Source of the DNA: Lama guanicoe
Taxonomy: Eukaryota
Direction: 5' to 3'
Length of the DNA stretch: 64,000 bases
NCBI GenBank assembly: GCA_013239625.1
Contig: MU054413.1
Location: 1,364,001 to 1,428,000 of the forward strand
Positions within the stretch are counted from its first letter, which is position 1, and every line of letters begins with the position of its first letter. Made by a program: the position numbers and the translations under genes. Below the pieces are notes generated by a model. It was not told where the DNA came from. It did no database searches and saw nothing but the letters and a program-made list of their open reading frames with translations. Shown one piece after another: positions 24,601 through 35,791 of this stretch.

Positions 24601-26349
24601 CCAAATGGTGTATAGCGGAAAGCTGAATTAGAAAAGAATTGCATAACCAAGGGAGGGGTTGGGAGCAAAAGGAGGGATTTGAGCTGCAGCTGTGCCTGAG
24701 AACGGGTCAGGGGCCCGGCCCTTCCATGTTCATAAGTGCTGGCAAGCTGACTGCGCGTGTGCCTGCGTGTGTAGGTATGTAGATCGGTTCACGTGCTCAC
24801 ATGGTGGGGAAAGAATGATGGTTGGGGAGTCACTTGTTGTCATGGAAGAACTCCATCTGGGACTAGAGACTGGTTCTGATTCTGCAGCTACGTCCCTGGG
24901 GTGGGACCCCTGGGGTCATTTCAGTTGCCTCCTTCTCAATGTAAGCATCCTTTCCCCTGGTCTTTATAAGCCTTGGTCAGAAAAATACATCCTGGATATA
25001 GCCTTTGGGGCTGCATTTCTTGTCTTTCATCAAGCACTTAAGCTACACAAGCATTAACGTCTCCCAAAGCCCTGACTTGGGACAGAGGGGCTGCTGTCTT
25101 TTTTTTTAAGTGGCCCATGACCCACTAAGACCTTTGGCTTCTACAGATGAGGTCCTGGTCCAAGTTACCCACTGGCTCATGGTGAAATTTACATCATGAA
25201 ACACCAACCAAAAGAAAGAGAGAAAGAGAGAGAAAGAAAGACCAGAACAATGTAACTAGTTCCCAGATTTTTCCGATAAAGAAACCAAGGCCCAGAGCAC
25301 ATTAGCAATCTAGCTAAGTGCTCGCTAAGGGGCTGGCACTGTGCTGAATGGTCTCATGATGGTTCTTACAACAACTCCATGAACTGATACCACCATCTTT
25401 TTCATTTCACAGGAGGAAACCGAGGGGTCAAAGCAGTTAACAATTGACCTGAGGTCATGCAGTGATTCCTGGATAGAGCTGGAACAGAAATCCGATCTCC
25501 TACCCCCTGAGACTCCTGGTCAAGCAGCTCATTTTATTGTTAAATATCCATTTACCGTGCCCTTCCTCTTGTTGGTCCCCACTGCTGTCCAAGCCTAACC
25601 TCAGGGCTGAGCTGACTGCCAGCGTCCTCCTGGAAGCCTTCTGTGATAACCCAGTTACCACAGTCTTCCCTGCCCTTCTCAGTTTCTATCTTGCATTACC
25701 ATAACTGGAAACATGTGGCAGGTTTTGTTCATGCCTGCAAGATCACAAAAGACTTCAAGGGAGAAGAGAAAGAAGGACAGGGCGGGGAATGAAAGGGAGA
25801 ATTTAGCTAGGCGAAAGAGACACGGAGGCATGCCCAACAGAAGGAGGAAGAGCCAGCGATGCGGGAATTGGCAGGGCTGGCCTTTTGGTTTGGGGAGGAG
25901 GAGGTGCAGGAGGAAAGCACTGGGAAAATCATATTGGCTGAGTAGGAAGAGAGGGAGGAACGGGAACCCATATTTCCTAGAAGCCAGTATTGTCGAAACA
26001 GGCCTGACACAGGCATGTGATGTGTACAATGGGGCCCCAGGTACCCGCTGTGATCATGCCTCACTGGTGTAGGCCTGCCTCGGCCCTTGGGCATGAGGGA
26101 CTGAGGAACCTACTAGAAAAGCCAAAGAAGCCAGGCAGGGTCTGCTGGGCTGGAGGGCAAAGCCTTGGGGTCAAATGTGAAAAATGAATGCGTGTTGTCT
26201 ATGGTGGGATGAGGTTGGGGATGGGGGCAATCGGTGAAAAGTGACGTGCCTTTTCTAAAAGCTCTGGAAGGTCCTGCCCTGGGGCCCTCCTTGGAGTGAG
26301 GCAGCTTGAGGAGAGGGGCACTCTGCCCTCAGGCTGAGACGCCTCATGC

Positions 26350-26821
26350 TGACACAGGCTGGGACCTGGGACCTGGGCGCCTTTGCTGCAATGCTTGCAC
26401 CTGGACAAATGTCTCCTCAAGCAACAAAATACAAAGAAACTATACGAGACTAAAAGTAACTACATACATTTGCAGTTGGGGCAAATTGTGAACAACAAGA
26501 TACAAAAAGACCAAAACCCAACTGCCACTTTTGAGGTGTCTGGAGCAAAAGCAGGGTACTGGGCATGATCCCTGCACACAGCACCACCAGGGGGTGGGCA
26601 GACCACCTAAGCCAGCCCTCCTGCCTGACCCATCAACCCGCCCCTACCCTCACCCCATTTAAGGGACCAGCTCGCTCTGACTCAGGAAAGGACCAAGGGA
26701 ACCTGTTACTTGTTTTTTCTCCCTTGTGCTGCAGCACGAGTCCCAGTAAAGACTGAATTTCTCCCCTGGCCTCTAATCAATTTCTATTGATACAAGGGTT
26801 CAAGAATGCGGGTCGGTAACA
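26350..26821 (+). mobile_element. Solo ERV1-type LTR (472 bp) with perfect 4-bp TSD ATGC
   Basis: TG...CA termini; ATGC at 26346-26349 and 26822-26825; TATA-like atttaag and agtaaa in LTR order. Confidence 0.85.
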
Positions 26822-27579
26822 ATGCCTTTGGCACTGGTGGCTCAGCTCAGATGGCAGTGATCTGAGACTCGGGGCTCACAGGGTGTTCACGGAGCTGCTG
26901 TCTGGGTGGCAGGCTGGGAGAGTTGACGAGCCCATGAGGTCACCCCCAAATTTCTGAATCTTCCCACCTTCTCTGTGACCAGGTTATTGCAAACACCAGC
27001 AAAACTGGGTTTTTACTACTCCCCAGAAAGCTTCTGTTCCCACAGACTGTCAAAGTCTGGGAAACTTGGGTGGTTTAATTTTCATAAACATCCTGAGAGA
27101 GTAACATTACTTCCCCTTGACGGATGAGAACATAGAGGCTGAGAGAGACCATGTGGCTTATCCAAGGTAACAGGCTGTAAGTGGAAAAGCTAGGATTTGA
27201 ACCCAGCTGGCCTGGCCTGGAACTTGGGCTCTTTCTAATGCCTTCACTGCCTTCATCTCATTGATTTTTCCCTATGAGATAGTGTCCCTGGAGAGAATTT
27301 ACCGTGGCCCTTATTAGAGACCAGGGTTCTGTCTCCATCTCCTTTGAGCCCAAGCACCCATGGGGTCATGCAGCCACAGCCTGGCCAGCATGGGGTGGCT
27401 TTGCAGCTGGCTAGTCTAGCAGCTGCTTGCCCCGGGGCAGCTGCCCACTGCCCCACCTTGCGGTACCCTGGGTTCTCTGCGTTTGGGGCTGTTGCTATGC
27501 AACAGGACCTCCCAATCCCATCTTCAGGACTGGGTGATTCCAGGAAGCAGTAAGCCGCTGAGCACTGTGGCCGGGGCTC

Positions 27580-27615
27580 CCCTCCCTAATCCCCAGCCTG
27601 TCTGTGTTTATCCGG
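27580..27615 (+). promoter_or_regulatory. LRIT1 proximal promoter with CRX/OTX2 site
   Basis: CTAATCCC at 27586-27593 and TATA-like tttatc at ~27607, ~130-150 nt upstream of the ATG. Confidence 0.6.
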
Positions 27616-27736
27616 TGGCTTCAGGTGGGGGTGTGGGCAGCCGATGAGCCAGTGCGCAGCTGCTGGGCTCGCTGGGCTGGCAGGACAGAGCAGTCAGGGA
27701 CAGGCCCCTGCCCGGGCTATGGAGGAGCCAGGGGCC

Positions 27737-27858
27737 ATGAGGGTGGCAGTGGGCATGCTCTGGCTCCTGGCCCTCGGAGGGCTCCCCCCAGCCCGGGGCG
27801 CCTGCCCCTCTCAGTGCAGCTGCAGCCTCCACGTCCTGGGCGATGGCAGCAAAGCCAG
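27737..27858 (+). CDS. LRIT1: LRIT1 exon 1 (signal peptide, start of LRRNT; 122 nt)
   Basis: MRVAVGMLWLLALGGLPPARGACPSQCSCSLHVLGDGSKA; donor AG|gtatgg. Confidence 0.95.
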
Positions 27859-29165
27859 GTATGGCACCAGGTGTGTGGGGTGGGTAGCCCAGTTGGGCTG
27901 GAAGGGGTTGGATGCAGGGCCTTCAGATGGTGGCCAGATGAGACCTCCATCTCTCTGGACCTCAAGGCCCAAGGATCTTAGGGGGCTGGTCTGAGATGCA
28001 TTTTCCTCCAGTCAGCAGGCCGTGGCTCTGTAGGGGTACCAGGTATCTATATACATGGGGTGGGGTTGGGCATGGATGTCCCAGCTCCAGGAAATCCTTC
28101 TGAGCCTGCCTCCAGGATGCTGTGAGAGGTACTCTCCTTAAGGGCACAGAAAGTCTCCCCTTTACTTCTTTCTTTTCCTCTCCTTCCTTCCTGCCCCCGC
28201 CCTCCACCATTCTCTATCTCCCGAGCCCCTTCTTTCCCAGGCCTCTTCCATCCTCTTGCCTCACCTCCCGGGGGTACCCAACCACATCCCAGGTATTTCT
28301 TACCACCCTGCCCGTGATGGGAGCACCTGCCTCCTCATGATCTTCCCACTTTGGGTTTCCTCTGGCCCTACCCCCAGGAGCCTCAGCCTCGACCCCTTTC
28401 TATGGGTTCTCAGAAAGGCCAGGAGTGCCCATTCCATCGCAAACAAGTGATCCTCCATCTTCATCCTCTTCTTTGCTTCCCCATCCCCCCTTCTCAGCCC
28501 TGAGAGCAGTTTCATCCTCTCCTCCTCCCCTTCCTGGGACGTCCCCCAGATATACATAATATACTCAAGGATATACAGCCAGCAAGCAAAGAGCCCAGAG
28601 GTGAATCCGGCTGTGGGACTGCAAAGTCCTGGCTTCTGAACGCCTTGATCATTTATTTCATGGTCCCTCAGAATCAGAAGAGGCTTGAGGCTTCCTGTGT
28701 GTTTTCTGATGCCCTTGCTATGTTGTTGTTTTTTTTTTTTTAAAGAAAAGCCGAAGCGGTTACAAAGACAGGTATAATTTAACAAAAGATCGCTTTTACC
28801 ACATAGATGCAATGCGACAATGCACAAGATGGTCAAATGCACAAGGATTTATGAATACTACTCATTATTAGTGCCCTGTAGGTGGTGCGGGCTGTGATGG
28901 GACATAGCAGTTCAAGTTTGTGGTTCGTCAGGCCAGTGACGGGAAACCAAGTGGCCCCCCCGGGACCCCTGGGAAACGCTGTGAAAGCAGGAAATCCCCA
29001 AAGAGAAAACAGGAGGCTGCTTGTTCCCAGCCCCTCTCCAGGGATCGCCACAGCCTGGGTTTGGTGTCCTGTTTTCCCGTGCAAACTCCTGAAAAGGAGG
29101 TCAGGGAAGGGGGAATCTGCGACCGGACAGGACCTTTGCTCAAATACCCCCATTTCTGTGCCCAG

Positions 29166-29632
29166 GACAGTGGTGTGCAACGACCCTGACATGACCCTGC
29201 CTCCCCTGTCTGTCCCTCCGGACACCTCCAGACTGCGCCTGGAGCGGACGGCCATTCGCAGGGTGCCCGGGGATGCCTTCAAGCCGCTGGGCCGCCTGGA
29301 GCAGCTGTGGCTGCCCTACAACGCCCTCAGCGAGCTCAGCGCCCTGATGCTGAGGGGCCTCCGCCGCCTGCGCGAGCTGCGCATGCCCGGGAACCGCCTG
29401 GTCGCCTTCCCCTGGGCGGCGCTCAGGGACGCCCCCCAGCTGCGGCTGCTGGACCTGCAGGCCAACTGCCTGTCGGCTGTGCCGCCGGAGGCCGCGCGCT
29501 TCTTGGGGAACCTCACCTTCCTCGACCTCTCCAGCAACCAGCTGCTGAGGCTCCCGCAGGAGCTGCTCGCCACCTGGGCTCGCCTGCAGGCCGGACCCTA
29601 CCTTCCCGGCCACCACGCCAGGCTGGTCCTAG
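29166..29632 (+). CDS. LRIT1: LRIT1 exon 2 (leucine-rich repeats; 467 nt)
   Basis: cccag|G...CTAG|gtaaga; TVVCNDPDMTLPP...LEQLWLPYNAL...LTFLDLSSNQL...ARLVL. Confidence 0.97.
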
Positions 29633-30781
29633 GTAAGAGATGGCATCCTTCACTTGGAACCGCCTTGGTGAGCCTTGGGGCCTTAGGCAAGTTTACTAAG
29701 CCTCTCTGAGGATTGATTCTTTACTTGGAAAATAGAAATCACACCTGCCTTCTGGGTGTGAGTGAAGACTGAGTGAGAGGCACAGACTGGTAGGCTTAAG
29801 AGCTCAAGTTCCCAGCCGGACTGTTGCAGTTCAAATCCCAGCTCTGCCTCTTCCTAGCTGTGTGTCCCAGGACAAATTACATAGCTTCTCTGTGCTTGGT
29901 TCTTTTCTACAAAAAAGACGATGGTAAATAAATCTAGCTCAAAGGGTTGGAGTTGTGGGTAAGAAGACAGAGCTTAGCACACAGTAGGTACACATGGCAG
30001 ACACCTGTTGTGCCATCCAGATCCCCATCCAGGTTGGCCTGGCTGCCCAGTTTCTGGGGACGCTGTTGGCAGCAGCCTGCAGCTGTCAGCCCTGTCAGGT
30101 ACAGCCTCAGATGCGAGCAGCCTCATCCAAGGCTGCACACCCTGTCTGGGCACAGTCTCCACCAAGCCCTGTCAGACAGGATTCTGAAGGTCCAGCCACT
30201 TGGGGCAGTTCTGATGGGCTGTTTCAGCTCCAGAGGGGTTCACCAGGCCTGCATCACAGCTCCATGTCTCCCTGCATGATAATCTTCATCTCAGAGCCTG
30301 CTTCAGGGAACCCAGCTTTTAGCAACCTTCAGATCACGTGAATCCCACTCCCCTCTAAGTCTCCTCTTAGCACCAGGTACACGTCCATGGAAGGAAGGTT
30401 ATCCCTGCTCTTTGCTAATTGGTCAGTCCCTCCTGGCCATCTGAATTAATGTGGCACTGAACTCCTTCTCACCCCCTCGGAGAACTTGACCCTCACCACA
30501 TCCCAGGGGTAGATGGTACAAGTACAGTGTCCTTTGTAACACAGATGAACAAGCACAACCTGGGGGTTAGTAAGTAGTGGGTCTGAGCCTAAGGCTCATG
30601 TCCTACAGGCTGGTTCTCTGTCCCCAGTCCCATGAGGGGATGGGAACCATGGTGGGGTCCTGGTGGAGGGTGGGGGTGAATGCACAGTGTCAGAAAAGAG
30701 GCTTCCTGGCAGATGTCCTTGGAGAATGCTGTGGCTCATGTGGGGTCCGTCAGGAGACCAAATGGCACCCCCCCGGGACCC

Positions 30782-30896
30782 CTTGGAGTGTGCACATTAG
30801 ACGTTTTAATATTAATCATAGTCTTTAAAGGGGCTGGGCCAGTTCTCACCCCCGCACCAGTGGTGTGTGCAACCACCCATGCATGTGTTCACTCTG
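30782..30896 (+). repeat. 115-bp direct repeat, copy A (copy B at 31921-32035)
   Basis: By-eye alignment gives 5 mismatches in 115 nt. Confidence 0.9.
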
Positions 30897-31399
30897 GAGC
30901 ACTCTTAGAGTGGTTTGGGAAAAACTTCTGCCCTGAGGCCCAGGAGAGTCTCTTAAGGAGGGAATATTTAGAAGCCTAACTTCTTGGGAGCGGGTCAGGG
31001 GACAGCAAGCCCCATTCCAGCTCCATCCACCCTACAGACATTCTCATCTGATGAAGGGCATTAAATAGAGCAGTACTTATATGGAAAAAATGGTTACTTA
31101 TTTGAAAATCAAATTTATATATTCCAATAACCACGTCAGGCAACCCAGGCGAAGGATGTTGACTTAGTGTTACAAATAAGGAAAATAAGGTACACGCGAT
31201 CTTCCAGTTCACGCAGCCAGGAGATGGCCCCCTGAGACTCAGTTTCCCAAAGTGGAGTTGAATGGGTTATACCAAATGACCCTTTTTTCTTTGATTCATC
31301 CCTGTTCCTAACAACCCAACGGCTTCCCAGGGGAGCCAAATCTCTTTTTCCACCCAAGGTACCTGCTTGTCCCTGAGGGTGACAGGTGGGGGCATAGGC

Positions 31400-32035
31400 T
31401 CATTCTGGAAAAGTAATTTTAATTTTAATTACACAACTCATACATGAATATAAGTAAACATTTAAAATATTGCAGAGAAGGCTAAAGACCTGTTTATGCC
31501 GTCTTCCGTATCCAATTCCTTCTCCCCCTCCTAAAAGGTAGTCACTTCTATGTTTATTTGCAATACATTTATGTACATGTGCATATACATACTTGCACAT
31601 AGAAATTTTAGCCGCGTGTTTTACATAAAATGTCATCAGATTGTATATAATAACCAACACTAACTTTTCCACCCAGCAGTACGTCTTGAAGATCTCTGTA
31701 AGTTACTACATATGGATCAACTTCATTTTTTAAAACTATGGCATGATATTGCATCATAAGTTATACTACAGTTTATTTAGCCACTCCCCCTCTTATGGAC
31801 CTTTAGATTGTTTCCATTATCTTGTTAACACCTGTGAAGCCACAGGGAACATTCTTGATGATGCGTCTCGGTGCACACAGACACATGTTTCTCTAGGATA
31901 GGAACTGAGAACTGTTAGGTCTTGGAGTGTGCACATTAGACATTTTAATATTAATCATAGTCTTTAAAGGGGCTGAGCCAGTTCTCACCCCGCCACCAGT
32001 GGTGTGTGCAGCCACCCATGCATGTGTTCACTCTG
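31400..32035 (-). mobile_element. Old L1 fragment (contains copy B of the 115-bp repeat)
   Basis: L1-antisense text 'tttatttagccactcccc...tttagattgtttcc...atgtttctctaggatag'. Confidence 0.6.
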
Positions 32036-33266
32036 CAAGCTTATTTGAGTGCCAGCCAAAGTGTGGGCTCAATTCTAGGTGCTGCGGATATAGCAGTGAA
32101 CAAGATGGGTGAAAGTCTCTTCTCTCGTGAAGCTAACAATTAAAGTAGTTGGAACGTTTAACTTTGGCCAATCTGACTGGTAACAGTTTCACCGTCCTTT
32201 AATTTGGCCATTTGCATTAATTCTTTGGGGACTCTGTTGTAACGGGTAAAAGCCAGGTAGCTCACCACCAGAGCTGGGCAGTGATGACTCTTGGGGTGCA
32301 GATGTATCACTAAATGCATCTAACCAGTCACACAGGGTAGCAGCCACCGGGATGGGGTAGGGAGCAGGGGTGGAAGAGGAACTGGCACCTTCCCAGCTAG
32401 TGCTCGAAAGGACCCGAGAGTCACAAATATACAAGCAGATCTGAATCCACCTCCCCTTGACATTTCCCCTTCCAAATACATCAAATACATGTATGTAACA
32501 TAATATATGCTACTGATTAGACACTATCAAAGTTAATAACCATCTGTGGGGGATAGAAAGGACTTCACATTACATGCACTCATTTTGTATGTTAGAAATG
32601 CAAACATGAAAAGGAATTGTGTCTTAGAATTGAGGACACTCGATACCTCTGTTGAAGGTTCACCGACACGGTCGGTGCAGTGACCTGCTTTCAGCTCCGC
32701 AAAGATGCTCAAGTTTAAAGTAAAGATGGCTGGAATATAACATTGGATTTGATTTCCTGGCCTCCTCACTCCTGTCCTTTTGAGCCTGTGTCCAAGGGAC
32801 CATGGCTCCGAACAGCCACCCTCTTTGCTGGGGTGATGCTGAAAGTGCCACTTAACGCCGGGAAGACAGGGGTCAAGGGTCAGGGCTCATGGAGCACTTG
32901 TAGGAATGGATTTGGGCATACTGCACTTATTGCAGAAATACCCACTTCCTGGCCGGGAGTCTGAAAGGCTCAGCCCGAGCGTGTCAGCAGTGGTTGTCAA
33001 TTTTGTCAGCAGGCTGTATGGCTCACCCAGTGCTTAATGTGATGTACCGTTATTTATGCTTATGCCACCCTGAAAGGGAAGTAATGCTGTCACGAAGAAC
33101 CGGGCTTCTGGTCGCACAGCTAGTGAGGCAAGGAGCTGGGTCTGGCGGCCAGTTCTGCTGACTCTGAGCCTGGGTGTGCCTTGTGCTCCCTGAGCAGGGA
33201 GGGGAGCCGGGCCTGGGGTTCTGACTGTCTAGGGCTCACTTCTCACCTCCCCTCTCACCCCTGCAG

Positions 33267-33572
33267 GGCTGCAGGACAACCCCTGGGTGTGTGACTGCCG
33301 ACTCTATGACCTGGTCCATTTCCTGGAGGGCTGGGCCCCGAACCTGGCCTTCATAGAGGCCAGACTGAGGTGTGCCAGTCCGCGCAGCCTGGCCGGAGTG
33401 GCCTTCAGCCAGCTGGAACTGAGGAAGTGCCAGAGTCCGGAGCTCCGTCCGGGGGCGGCCAGCATCAGGTCCCCTTTGGGCAGCGCCGTATTGCTACGTT
33501 GTGGGGCCACCGGTGTCCCTGGGCCCGAGATGAGCTGGAGCAGGGCCAACGGGCACCCACTCAACGGTACAG
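33267..33572 (+). CDS. LRIT1: LRIT1 exon 3 (LRRCT and start of Ig domain; 306 nt)
   Basis: ctgcag|GG...ACAG|gtgtgt; LQDNPWVCDCRLYDL...LRCGATGVPGPEMSWSRANGHPLNGT. Confidence 0.97.
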
Positions 33573-34817
33573 GTGTGTGAGCTACAGGGACTGCTGTGCT
33601 GAGAGCCCGGACTGGGGCAGAGCACTCAGCATCCCAAATGGGGCGGGTGGTATCAGCTTTGCCAGGGAGAGGGAGTTAGGCTGAGCAAGGCTCTTTACTC
33701 TCATCCTGTCTGAGTGGACTTGGCCCGTCTCTGCCCAGAGGCAGGGTGTGGGGACAGTGGCTTCAGGTGACAGTGGCTCTCAACCCTACATACTCCGCCA
33801 GCCACTCTATCAGAGACTCGGGCCCACCCCGAGGGGAACAAAACATGGGCTTTCTGGTAGAAGATACTCTCTTAGTATATTTAACATTTACAGTTAAGTT
33901 TCCAAGCTGCAAATATGAAAAGCCAGTATCACAGGAGTAGTTAGTGACCTGAGTTAACGTCTGTTGAGCTCTTCATGTCTTAAATGTATTGTGTGCATAA
34001 TGTCATTGAACTTGAAAGAACAACCTGACCATCCTCCTTATTTTGTGTGTAACTAAACTGAGGCTCCGAGAGGCTGTGTGCTTGGTCGACATCGCACAGC
34101 TCATACAAGGAGGAGCTGGGAGTCATCCAATCTGGCGACTTCCCGGTCAGTGCCCTTTCTGCTGTGTAGACAGATAGTTCATCCCTGGCACTGGGTAGCG
34201 GGCTTTGCAGGAGTCATGGGCCCCCCTACATGAAGGAAGAGGGTGGAGGGGGAATAATTTCTTGGCACCTGACCAGGAAACCTCCCGCCCCTCCCAGCTT
34301 TCTTCTGTGTCTCCCTCAATTAGGTTGGCAAGTGTTGCTCTAGGACTGTGGGCTTGAAATCAATGTACAAACAAAATTGTGTGAGGAGCTCCAGAGGGCT
34401 GAAGATGCTGTGATTGAAGTGGCAGTGGGTCTGGGCAGGGGTGAGCAGGGCACTTCCAGCTGGGCCTCTGCCTCAGGTTCACCCAGCCCACCCTACCCCC
34501 AGAGCACCAGCCGGCTGCCCCTGAGGGCTCAGCCCTGCAGAACTCCGGGGCCCTGAAAGGCACATCTGGGACATCTCAGATTTAGGATGCGATCATTCTT
34601 AGACTCTGACTCAGACTGGGTGGCCCCAAGTTTGAGCCCAGGTGATCTCCATCCCCTTGGCTAATCTCAGAAAAGTTCAATGACACACAGCCTTTTCTCA
34701 GGATAATAGGGTCTTTGGCAGAATGTGCACAGTCCTGGGGTTGTGAACTTGACCCTGGGAGGAAACTGGGGGCAAGTGGGCCTGTTCATTCTCCCACACT
34801 TGCCTCTTTCCCCGCAG

Positions 34818-35791
34818 TGCACCAAGAAGTCTCCGGTGACGGCACGAGCTGGACTCTGCTGGGCCTGCCTGCCGTGTCCCACCTCGACTCTGGAGACTAC
34901 ATCTGCCAGGCCAAGAACTTCCTGGGAGCCTCTGAGACTCTCATCTCCCTGGTCGTCACTGAGCCCCAGACGTCCACGGAGCACAGCGGGAGCCCAGGGG
35001 CACTCTGGGCAAGGACAGGTGGAGGGGCAGAAGCTGCCGCCTACAATAAGATGGTGGCCAGGCACATCCCCCACATCCCCGAGCCTGCTGCCCCGGCCAC
35101 TGGGCCCCCTGTGCCCAACATGAAGGAGCAACGGACCCTCCAGCACTTCCAGATGGGGGCCCCAGGAGAGCACTTGGATGTGCAGGCAGGACCCCAGGAG
35201 GCCCAGAGGGTGAGCGCTCTCAAGGTGGTGGGAGACACTTACCAGAGCGTGACCTTGGTGTGGAAGGCCCCCCAGGCTGGGAACACAACTGCCTTCAGTG
35301 TCCTGTACGCGGTCTTCGGGCAGCGCGACATGCGGCGGGTGGCCGTGCAGCCTGGGAAGACCAGCGTCACCCTCCGCGGGCTGGTACCCAAGCTCAAGTA
35401 CGTGGCGTGCGTCTGCGTGCGGGGCCTGGCGCCCCGGAAGGAGCAGTGCGTCATCTTCTCCACCGACGAGGTGGCGGACGCCGAGGGCACCCAGCGGCTC
35501 ATCAACGTGGTGGTGATCAGCGTGGCCGCCGTCATCGCCCTGCCCCTCACGCTGCTCGTCTGCTGCGGCGCGCTCCGGAGGCGCTGGCGCAAGTGCCGCA
35601 CCGGGGGCGCCGCCGAGGCCGCAGGTGCCTACGTCACCCTGGAGAGGCTGGGCCACAGCGAGGACGGCTCGGAGGAGCTGTCCCAGCAGAGCCTCAGCGA
35701 GGCCGACAGGCTCCTCTCCACCCGTTCCAGCCTGGACTCTCAGGCTCTGGGGACCAGGGCGGGCCGACGGATCAACGAGTACTTCTGCTGA
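34818..35791 (+). CDS. LRIT1: LRIT1 exon 4 (Ig end, FN3, TM, cytoplasmic tail; stop TGA)
   Basis: ccgcag|TG; DSGDYICQAKN, FN3, TM LINVVVISVAAVIALPLTLLVCC, C-terminus RRINEYFC*; total CDS 1869 nt. Confidence 0.97.

Noticed and set aside
28710-28880. T-run followed by AT-rich sequence in LRIT1 intron 1, possibly a retro-insertion
   Set aside because: Only a 6-bp flanking match (tgccct) and no clear polyA signal; cannot be supported.
34667-35656. 329-aa antisense ORF and other long overlapping ORFs over LRIT1 exon 4
   Set aside because: Expected stop-codon scarcity opposite a GC-rich coding exon; no recognisable protein.
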